Source: Chiloscyllium plagiosum (Eukaryota). From it: a DNA stretch of 21,681 nt. Of the stretch, positions 11,561 through 20,577 are shown in pieces (position 1 is the stretch's first letter; every line of letters starts with the position of its first letter). A program made the translations under genes and the position numbers. The notes below the pieces were generated by a model that did not search any database, was not told where the DNA came from, and saw only the letters and a program-made list of their open reading frames with translations. The DNA is taken from assembly GCF_004010195.1 (NCBI RefSeq), contig NC_057720.1:33130805-33152485 (forward strand), written 5' to 3'.

Positions 11561-12331
11561 CTGCGTCTCATTACTCTAGACTACCCCCTTCATGCATTTA
11601 ACTCTGCCTGTCCTGCTGAGATTGTTGTTCCTCAGTGCTAGTAGGCTTTAAATCTGAGAGTCATGTTTCCATTGTGAGCTATTAGTTTTCTTGGGCTCAG
11701 CTGTACTGCCTTTTATGAAAGGAAGCCTTTTCCCCTCCTTTTCTACCCCTATAATGCCACAAGTTTTCAATAAAAGACCAATTAAAGGTCAGAGGATGCA
11801 CTTGTCATTCAATTATAGGCAATATGCCTTGAGCTACATTCCAAACTAAATCCTAACTCACAATGAGCCTTTAATGAGCTTGTTAACTACATTAATTGGC
11901 TCCACGCAGAATTGGGCAGGTTGCCTGCATGGCTGGCTGTCCTGATGAAATTTGTCAAAAGCAGGAATAGGAATGGAAAACTGGTATGTTGGCAGGCAGT
12001 ACTAATTATAGAGTTCACTCACCCCCATTCTTTCCACTGTTAAACCTAAAAATTCTGTCTTGGTTTTCCATTTTTCAAATGATTCTCCCCAGTGCCTCGC
12101 TGAGAATGACAGTGAAGAAAATAAAAAATAGGTTGCCAACTGTCATTTGATTCAACGATGGTGTCTACTAGCCATTGGTCTTCATTTCACTGTCTGTGTA
12201 GGGCATTTATTGATGGGCACATCCTATGAAGGAATGAGATCCAGGCTTAAGGATTTGTTTTCTTTTCTTGCTTCTCCTGCCACATCCTTAAGGTATTTGG
12301 ACTTCAAGAATAATAGACAATCTTGACAAAC

Positions 12332-14085
12332 AATCACAAAATCACAGAAATGTTATGACACAGAGGAGGCTATTCAGGTCATCATGTCTGCACCAGCTAT
12401 CCATTGAGTATTATAACTTGGTGCAATTCTCTTGCTTTTTTCCATTTTTTTCTATTCATATAATAATCTACTTCCCATGTGAATACCTCAATTTAACCTG
12501 CTTCCACTACACTTCTGGCAATGTATTCCAAAATCACTTGTGTGAAAAAGTTCTTTCTCACATCACGTTTGCTACATTTGCAAATTATGATAAATGTTGT
12601 TCTCAATCCTTTCATGAGCAGGTATAGTTTCTCCCTACCTACTCTTTGCAGACCGCACATACTTTTGTAAACTTGTTTGAAGTATCCTCCTGACCTCTCC
12701 AACAAGAGCAGTTCCAATCTCTCCAATTTGTCCTCATAATTAAAGTTTCTCATTCCTGGAATCATTTTTGGATATTTCTTCTGCACTCCTTCTAATGTGT
12801 TCATATCCTTTCTATAGTGCAGTTTCCAGATTTGTCACAATTCATCAGTTGATGTCCAAGAAATGTCTTGTGTAAGTTCAGCATACCCATCCTGCTCTTG
12901 TACTCTAAGCCTTTACTAATAAAATCCAGGATAATGTACAGTTTGATTGTTGGTCTCTCCATCTATCCAGCCAATTTCAATGATCTATGCACATACACAC
13001 GCATGTCCTTCTGCTCCTGCAAACCATTTGGAGTAGTACCCTTTATTTTATGCTGTGTTTCCACGTTGTTTGGACTAAAATACATTATCTCACATTTCTC
13101 CAAATGAAGCCCTATTTGCTACCTATTCTACCAGCTTGTTGATGTCTTCTAGGAGTTCTACTCTGTACTCCTCAGTGTTTATAATACTTGCAAATTTCAT
13201 ATCATCCACAAACTTTAAATCTGTTCTTGTCTACCAAGATCCAGAAATTACTAAATATCAGGAAAAACAAGAGTCTAAATACCAAATCCTGGGGAACACC
13301 AGTACAAATCTTCCTCCAATGCAAAAAAAAATCATTAATTATTTCTCTCTGTTTCCTATCACTCAAACTATTTTGTTTCAGTCTCTTGTTTTCTATGAGC
13401 TATAACTTTTCAGAAGTATATTGTATGACAATGTATCAAATGCTTTTCAAAGTCTATGGTCACCACATTAATGCAATTGCCCTCATGCGCCCTTTTTTGT
13501 TACCTCTGCAATAAAACTACAGCAAGTTAGTTAGACATAATTTCCCCTTTAGAAATCCATGCTAGCTCTTAATAGTCAACCTCCTTCCTCCATGTGACTA
13601 CCAATTCTCGACAGAATAATTGTTTCATAATCTTCCCCACTACTTACTGGTTAAACTGACTGGTCTATATTTGCAGGGTTTATCCTTATAACATTTCTTG
13701 AGCCAGAATGTAATGTATGCAGTTCTCCAGTTCTGTGACACCTCCCCTGTGTCTAGGAATGACTGAAAAATTAGGACTGGTGCTGCTGCAAGTCTCACTC
13801 TCATTTCCTTCTACAGCATTGAATTATCTGTTTTTTGGTGCCTCGTCAAGATTAAGTATTGATAGCTTATCCAGCACTTGCAACTTCTCAATTTTGAAAC
13901 TTTTGAATAACAGACTATTCCCTTCTGTCATTATGACCTGCTTGGCATCTATTTCCTTGGCTCCTTGGTAAAGATGCAAAGTATTCATTTAACACCTCAG
14001 CCTTGTCTCTTGCCTCTATGTAAATCCCAACAGTTGGTCGCACTTCTCCTTTCACCACATTCTTACTCTTGATTTGTCTATTGTT
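12332..14085 (-). mobile_element. Old CR1 LINE (RT region to 3' end), heavily decayed
   Basis: ORF 12493-12804(-) LEGVQKK..MIPGMRNFNYEDKLERLELLLLE..KNFFTQ, antisense RT motifs (IDFEKHL; RPVSLTS at about 13645-13670) and a reversed (ATTTTGTG)-type tail at about 12332-12350. Confidence 0.8.
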
Positions 14086-14159
14086 TGAAGTATTGCTTAT
14101 TTTGTGTATTTAAACTCATTTTTGGTTTGGAGCTGTGAACTGTGAGCAGCAGCTTGTAT

Positions 14160-14345
14160 GGCATTCATGTAGTGCAATGGATAGCATTCTGACTCTGAGA
14201 CAGAAACCTTCTGTTCAAGTCCCAATCAAAGATATGGTGACCAAGGAAAGTATATTCATAACATGGCTGAACAAATTGAGTCACGATTATAAAACTTGTC
14301 AACAGTCAAAAATGTCAGACAGTAAAAATAGGAGAGATTCTGGAC
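14160..14345 (+). mobile_element. tRNA-derived SINE (degenerate)
   Basis: A box TAGTGCAATGG (14170-14180) and B box TGTTCAAGTCC (14212-14222) with tRNA-like spacing. The 3' boundary is uncertain. Confidence 0.6.
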
Positions 14346-14359
14346 TTACAAAATCAAAG

Positions 14360-14459
14360 CATCATAAGAGTCATACAGCATGGAAACAGACCCTTTGGTC
14401 ATAATCATCCTGGCCAAAGAAGATTCCCAAACTAAACAGTTGCCAGTGTTTGGCCCATA
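14360..14459 (-). mobile_element. Short CR1 3'-end fragment
   Basis: agagtcatacagcatggaaacagaccctttggtc..tttggcccatat, the same reversed 3' end as at 584 and 725. Confidence 0.75.
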
Positions 14460-14969
14460 TAGAGTTATAGAGTCATAGTGACGTATAGCACAGAAGCAGA
14501 CTCTTCATTCCAACTCAACCATGCCGACCAGATAGACCTTGTCTATTTACCCTATCCATGCCCCTCATGATTTTATAAACCTCTATAAGCTCACCCCTCA
14601 GCCTCCGGCGCGCCAGAGAAAACAGCCCCAGCCTATTCAACCTCTCCCCATAGCTCAAATCCTCCAATCCTGGCAAAATACTTGTAAATCTTTTCTGAAC
14701 CCTTTTAGGTTTCACAACATCATTGTGATAGGAACAGGACCAGAATTGCATGCAATATTCCAACAGTGGCCTAACCAATGTCCTGTACAGCCGCAACATG
14801 ACCTCCCAACTCCTGTACTCAATACTCTGATCAATAAAGGAAAGCATAGCAAATGCCTTCTTCACTATCCTATCCACCAGCAACTCTACTTTCAAGAAGT
14901 TATGAACCTGCACTCCAAGGTCTCTTTGTTCAGCAACACTCCCTAGGACCTTACCATTAAATGTATAAG

Positions 14970-15061
14970 CTTAAAAATGTGTTGCTGGAAAAGCGCAGCA
15001 GGTCAGGCAGCCTCTAAGGAGCAGGAGAATCGACATTTTGGGCATAAGCCCTTTTTCAGGA
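14970..15061 (-). mobile_element. Penelope-like terminal fragment with a degenerate hammerhead core, inserted in CR1
   Basis: Minus strand reads CTGAAAA-AGGGC-TTAT-GCCC-AAAAT-GTC. Flanked by the 14-bp duplication ATTAAATGTAT(A/T)AG at 14956-14969 and 15062-15075. Confidence 0.8.
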
Positions 15062-15271
15062 ATTAAATGTATTAGTCCCACTAAGATTTGCTTTTCCAAA
15101 ATGCAGCACCTTGCATTTATCTAAATTAAACTCCATCTGCCATTCCTCAGCCCATTGGCTTATCTGATCAAGATCCCATTGTATTCTGAAGTAACCTTCT
15201 TCGCTATCCACTACACCTCCAATTTTGGTGTCATCTGCAAACTTACTAAGTATACCTCATACATTTCCATC

Positions 15272-15349
15272 CAAATAATTTATATAAATGATGAAAAGTA
15301 ATGGACCCAGCAAATAATTTATATAAATGATGAAAAGTAATGGACCCAG
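15272..15349. repeat. Perfect 39-bp tandem duplication inside CR1
   Basis: caaataatttatataaatgatgaaaagtaatggacccag occurs at 15272-15310 and 15311-15349. Confidence 0.97.
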
Positions 15350-15381
15350 CAGCGATCCTTGTGACAATTCACTGGCCACAG

Positions 15382-15883
15382 TGTCGAAGCAAAATGCTCA
15401 GAGACATCCTTCATCTTTATTCCAGGCCCTGGAGGGAGAAAGAACGATCACTCATGTTCACAGAGTCTTGAGTTCACGGTCTTCTATCAAACAGCAGTTT
15501 CTCAATGCACTATATAGTCATTTTACAGGGAGAAGAATCCAGATAAGGCAACATACATATTAATTGGGTGACCATTATAACCAGTGAATGTCAATAGTAA
15601 AGATTAAGCCATCTACTGTTACACAATGAATAACTGGCTTCACATAATGAATACTTTTCACCTTGTTAAACTGACCTCACATACTGAGTTCTACCTCATC
15701 TTGTTAAATGGCTCTACATCATGAATGCTTTCCACCTGGTTAACCCACTATTCTTGCTTCCAGCACCCCATTGTTAACTGTAAGTGCGTATCCGATCTGA
15801 GTCATGCTCAGCTGAACCACTTGTTTCACAAAACTCTGAATTTAACTCTTTATCTGCCTGCTTATACTCGATGCACGTTTTCA
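15382..15883 (-). repeat. 3' LTR (502 bp, complete)
   Basis: Minus strand TGAAAACGTG..CTTCGACA. TATA-like CTATATAG at 15510-15517 precedes AATAAA at 15416-15421. Direct repeat of 16899-17363. Confidence 0.93.
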
Positions 15884-15897
15884 TTCCCGTCTTTTAT
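15884..15897 (-). promoter_or_regulatory. Polypurine tract (plus-strand primer site)
   Basis: Minus strand ATAAAAGACGGGAA immediately before the TG of the 3' LTR. Confidence 0.85.
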
Positions 15898-15910
15898 CAT
15901 TTCATGATAA

Positions 15911-16048
15911 TCACCGAGATGGCACTACCAGCTTTCATAAAACTCTGACAGTCATATTTAAGCAAGTTATTGACACACAGCATACAATGATTATAACAAC
16001 AAAAATTACTAGTCCGATACAGTAATTAGAATTTGAAGAATTCGCCTG
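15911..16048 (-). pseudogene. env: Retroviral Env transmembrane anchor and cytoplasmic-tail remnant
   Basis: With one frameshift it reads RRILQILITV/IGLVIFVVIIIVCCVSITCLNMTVRVL*KLVVPSR*: a hydrophobic span plus a CC motif, ending just before the PPT where env normally ends. Confidence 0.7.
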
Positions 16049-16186
16049 TGCAGAAAACAATTCACCAGTAAAATTCTTAAATCCGCAGTCCTCAGTGACC
16101 ATTCCATCCCCTCCAAGTCAAGTGGAAATGAGCCAGTTCTCCAAAAATCTCCTTCAGAAAAGTCCAACCTGAAAACAAAATCCAGT

Positions 16187-16381
16187 CTATCCTTGTGCAT
16201 CACTCCACGGAGAAATCTGATTTCTTGGATAAGGGCAGTTAAATACTTCACAAAATGGACAAGACTTCCATCCTTCAGGAAATGTTTTAGATGGATGATA
16301 CCAGTACATCTGAGCATGAAGTGCAGCAGCTGCAGCAGCAGGCTAGGTGAACACAGCATTCTTTGCTGCTTCTGCTCCCAT
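16187..16381 (-). pseudogene. Possible Gag N-terminal (matrix) remnant
   Basis: ATG at 16381 gives MGAEAAK.. (Met-Gly start) just downstream of the leader. A shifted frame gives FLKDGSL (16261-16281), one CpG-type change from FPKDGSL, resembling the gamma/epsilon matrix W/FPxxGS/T motif. Weak. Confidence 0.4.
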
Positions 16382-16470
16382 TCAGCTCTTAAATGCAACT
16401 GGACATTTTGATGTTAGCTTGATCAGTGAACCTTCATATCCCTTAAATTATCGAAAGATAAGGTAAAGCT

Positions 16471-16898
16471 CCAATTAAGCACAAAGAACCCGAACCCCAA
16501 TTAAACACAGAAAGCTCGAACCCCAATTAAATGCAGAAAGCTTGAAGCTCACTTAAATACAGAAAGCTCAAACCTCAGCACAATGTGGAGGACTTGAACC
16601 TCAAATCAACCCACCCAGTAGACTCGAACCCCCATACTGTGCAGAGGACTCAAACCTCAATCACACCCACCCCAGAGAACTCGAACCCCAGTACCGCGCA
16701 GGGGACTTCAACCCCAATCACACCCACCCCAGGGGACTCTAACCCCAGTACTGTGCAGAGGACTCGAACCTCAATCATACCCACCCTGGAGGACTCGAAC
16801 ACCAGTACTGCACTGAGGACTCAAACCTCAATCACACCACCCCAGGGGACTCGAACCCCAGTATCACGCAGAGGACTCGAACCTCAATCTCATCCACC
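16471..16898 (-). repeat. Leader tandem array: five 26-bp units then five about 57-bp (31+26) dimers, each subunit carrying GGTTCGAGTCC or a variant
   Basis: Subunit ends at 16496, 16522, 16548, 16574, 16600, 16630, 16656, 16687, 16713, 16744, 16770, 16801, 16827, 16857, 16883. Exact GGACTCGAACC (+) at 16760-16770, 16847-16857 and 16873-16883. Confidence 0.95.
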
Positions 16899-17363
16899 TC
16901 ATCTTTATTCTGGGCCCTGGAGGGAGAGAGAATGATCACCCATGTGCACAGACACAGCTCTTCTCTGGAATATCAGTTTCTCAATAAACTATATAGTCAT
17001 TTTACAGGGAGGAGCATCCAGATAAGGCAACAGACATATTATTTGGGTGACCATTACAACCAGTGAATGTCAATAATAAAGATTAAGCCATCTGCTGTTA
17101 CACAATGAATAACTGGCTTCACATAATGAATGCTTTTCATCTTGTTTGACTGACCTCACATACTGAGTGCTACCTCATCTTGTTAAATGGCTCTAGATAA
17201 TGAATGCTTTTTCACCTTGTTAATCCATTATCCTTGCCTCCAGCACCCCATTGTTAACTGCAAGTTTTTATCTGATCTGAATCATGCCCAGCTGAACCTC
17301 TTGTTTCACAAAACTCTGAACTTAACTCTTTCCCTGCCTGATTATACTTGATACACATTCTCA
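16899..17363 (-). repeat. 5' LTR (U5 end missing)
   Basis: About 89% identical to the 3' LTR by manual alignment (about 50 substitutions in about 465 nt, plus a 10-nt gap). TATA-like motif at 16989-16996, AATAAA at 16904-16909. The last about 29 nt of the LTR are absent. Confidence 0.92.
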
Positions 17364-18408
17364 ACAGGCTTCCAGTCGAAAAACAATCCTCCACCACCAC
17401 CCTCTGTATTCTACCTTTGAGCTAGTTCTATATCCAAATGGCTAGTTCTCCCTGTATTCCATGACATCTAACCTGGCTAACCAGTCTCCCATGGGGAACC
17501 TTGTCAAACATCTTACTGAAGTCCATACAGATCACGTCCACTGCTCTCTGTGCCACCGTGCCGCCCACAGTGTGTTCTCTAATTTGTGAGACATGATTTC
17601 CCGTGCACAAAGCTATGTTGACTATCCCTAATCAGTCCTTGCCTTTCCAAATACATGCATATCCTGTCCCTCAGGATTTACTCCAACAACTTGTCCACTA
17701 TCGACATCAAGCTCACTGGTCTATAGTTCCCTGGCTTTTCCTTACCACCTTCCTCAAATAGTGGTACCATGTTAGCCAACCTCCAGTCTTCTGGCACCTC
17801 ACCTGTGACTATTGATGATCCAAATATCTCAGCAAGGGGCCCAGCAATCACTTCCCTAGTTTCCCACAGAGTTCTAGACTTTTTGCTCTCCTGATTTCGC
17901 TCTTAAGTATACTCTTACTGCCTTTGTAGTCTTCTAAGAATTCACTCGACCTATCCTGACATATGCTTCCTTCTTTTTCTTAACCAAGCCCTCAATTTCT
18001 TTCATCATCCAGTATTCCCTTTTCTTTTACCCTAACAGGAATAAGCTGTCTCTGGACTTTCGTTATGTCATTTTTAAAGTCTTCCCATTTTCTAGCTGTC
18101 CCTTTATCTATGAACATCTGTCCCCAGTCAGCTTTGAAAGTTTTTGCCTAGTACCATCAAAATTAGCCTTCCTCCAATTTGGAACTTCAACTTTTAGATC
18201 TGGTCTATCTTTTTCCATCACTATTTTAAAACTAGAAGAATTATGGTCACTGGCCCCTAAGTGCTCCCCCATTGACACCTCAGTCACCTGACTTGCCTTA
18301 TTTTTCAAGAGAAGGTCAAGATTTGCACCTTCTCTAGTGGGTACATTCACATACTGAATCAGAAAATTGTCTTGTACACACTTAACAAATTCCTCTCCAT
18401 CTAAACCT

Positions 18409-19068
18409 TTCCTCTTCTATGAATCTGTCCAAATGTATTTTAAATGTTGTAACTGTACTTGCATCTACCACTTCCCCTGACTGTTCATTCCACATATGAC
18501 TCACCCTCTGTGTGAAAAAGTTGCCCCTCAGACCCTTATACATCTTTCTCCACTCACCTTAAAATATGCCCTCTTGTTTTGAACTTCCCTATCCTTGGAA
18601 AAAGATCTTTGCTGTTCACCTTAACTATGACCTTCACAATTTTATAAACCTCAACTTCCTTCACTCCAGTGAAAAGGCCCCAACCTACCTAGCCTCTCCT
18701 TATAACTCAAACCCTTCAGCCCCAGCAACATCCTTGTAAACCTTTTCTGAGCCCTCTCTAATTTAATAGTATCCTTCCTATAGCAGGGTGACCAGAACTG
18801 TACATGATATTCCAAAAGTGGCTTCACCAATGTCCTGTACAACCATAACATGATGTCGCAACTCCTACACTGACTGGCTGAATGCTGAAGGCAAGTGTAC
18901 TAAATGCCTTTGTAACGTCTCTGTCTACTTGTGATATAAATTTCAAAGAACTATATACATGAAGCCCTAGGTCCCTCTCTCTGTTCAGCAACACTACCTA
19001 GTGCCCTACTATTAACTGTTTAAGTCCTGCCCTTGTTTGTCTTAACAAAATCAGCACCTTACATTCAT
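18409..19068 (-). mobile_element. CR1 LINE 3' fragment
   Basis: ORF 18651-18851(-) LYRTLVKPLLEYHVQFWSPCYRKDTIKLERAQKRFTRMLLGLKGLSYKERL. Confidence 0.9.
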
Positions 19069-20577
19069 GAGTAAACTGTGTCACACACCATTACTGAATG
19101 GCAAGTCACAGGATGAATCATTGCATTTAACTCTAATTTGATGATTCCAGCTGATGGTAATTCTAGACATATTAGATCCTAGAAAAGTCTTTAATGAATG
19201 ATGCTAAGTTTTATTTTTACAATTTGGTTACTGTGGTGATCAGTCTCTGAACATATTCACATCGGACTGCCAATGTAATTTTATCAAAAAGAATTTAAGT
19301 TTATTGCACAAAAGAAGAGAATGAGGTTATATCAGAAAGATCTTATCATCAACAGCAAAAAGAATCTTTTACACTTTTTCCCAGCAATGTCCATTATAAA
19401 CACATTGTGAAATATCACTCTGATCTTCACTTTAAAATTTCTTGCTCAACTGATAAAGTCACAAGAATTCTCTTTTGGCACAGTTATGGACATTCACCAA
19501 ATCTGATTCTCTCCATTCCTGTCTGTCCCCATTCACACAGGCAACTTATTGATATTTCCTTACTGAACTCTAAGAAAAGCTCAGCACTTTTTCCAATGTT
19601 TTTTTCTTGAAGTACTTAAACTGATTAAGACTTTTTTCCACGCCAATAGCCCGAAGACTACCAAAACTAACCCTTCCACCTCCTGGTATGCATCTTTTCT
19701 CTGTGAACTGAACGTCTTGAGGCCACATTTTCCCTTAGTTTAAAATAACTTAATGAACACTTCAGCAATTATCTTACCGTGTAGCTCTTCTCAACACTTA
19801 GATTAAGTCAAATACTAGAAATTGCTGTTTTGATCCAACACTAAAATAATGAGTTTCTAACCTTTAATTTTAAAAAAATTACCTCCAAAGAACTGTACTC
19901 AAAAACCCAAGTTCCATATGATAAAAACATATTATAGACTATTAACAGGTACTAATTTCACCTAATATTGGAAAACAATTAATCAGAATATCAGTTTTTC
20001 AAAAGGGAATATGACTGAAAGACTTCTTATACTTTGATTCTGAGAGAAAAAAAAGTCTGCATTGAAATCAGTAATGAAAATGATTTGTGAATCTTCAATT
20101 TTAATTTTTTTCTGTAGGTTTTGGAATTTTACATTCAGCTAGATTACTTTCAGCTTCTGTTTGTCTCGCTGTTTGACTTAGTACAACTTCTTGCTTGATA
20201 GCACAATTGCTGTGCTTTGTGCATTTGTGGATTCCCAGATTTATGAACTAGCGTTATATCTACCATGATTTCAACATGGTATATATGACTGCAATGTGGA
20301 ACTTCACTAGAACTTGAAGTCTTACTGTCTGCTCTATTCCTGAGGCATAGGGATTTTGAAGGGGTATAGAAGTATTTTTATGAATGATGGATACCAGAGA
20401 AATGGTAGCATCTAAATTTCTGATGCTGAGTTTGTGAACTAAGCTGATAAGACTCAGATCCTATTGAATTTTATTGCACATCCCCTGCCCTCTCATTAAA
20501 ATGACGTCCTTGCAATTGGCAACTATCTCTGTCTACCACTTCCTTGGTTATGGCCTCTTGAAGGAGTCCTTCCACAT

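Larger units (their letters stand above)
15382..17363 (-). mobile_element. Internally deleted, non-autonomous endogenous retrovirus (class I-like), 1982 bp
   Basis: TG..CA termini, 4-bp TSD ACAG (15378-15381, 17364-17367), two LTRs, PPT abutting the 3' LTR, env-like TM remnant upstream of the PPT. Confidence 0.92.
14460..18408 (-). mobile_element. Long CR1/HER1-type LINE ORF2 (endonuclease C-terminus through RT to 3' tail) hosting a Penelope fragment and an ERV
   Basis: (ATAGAGTC)n tail at 14460. ORFs 14515-14913 (LVRPLLEYCMQFWS), 17428-17610 (VDVICMDFSKMFDKVPHGRL) and 18108-18350 (PTREGANLDLLL..HLGASDH) are in colinear order. ctggccacag (15381) resumes as acaggcttccagtc (17364). Confidence 0.92.

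Noticed and set aside
16285..16352. Possible plus-strand exon encoding MDDTSTSEHEVQQLQQQAR
   Set aside because: It lies inside the ERV on the antisense strand, has a weak donor and has no partner exons.
16009..16398. 129-aa minus-strand ORF as an intact novel viral gene
   Set aside because: It starts at TTG and appears to run across fused gag-like and env-like remnants, stopping at the frameshift before the TM segment.
16471..16898. CRISPR-like array or tRNA gene cluster
   Set aside because: The spacers are themselves repeated, there are no cas genes, and the context is eukaryotic. No D arm, anticodon arm or acceptor stem accompanies the T-loop motifs.
16585..16935. 116-aa Thr/Pro-rich mucin-like ORF on the plus strand
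   Set aside because: By-product of the 57-bp (3n) repeat period, antisense to the ERV, with a non-ATG start.
19770..20285. Strong splice-acceptor-like tracts on both strands (about 20041 minus, about 20117 plus)
   Set aside because: Downstream frames close quickly and resemble no protein I recognise; T-runs are common here.
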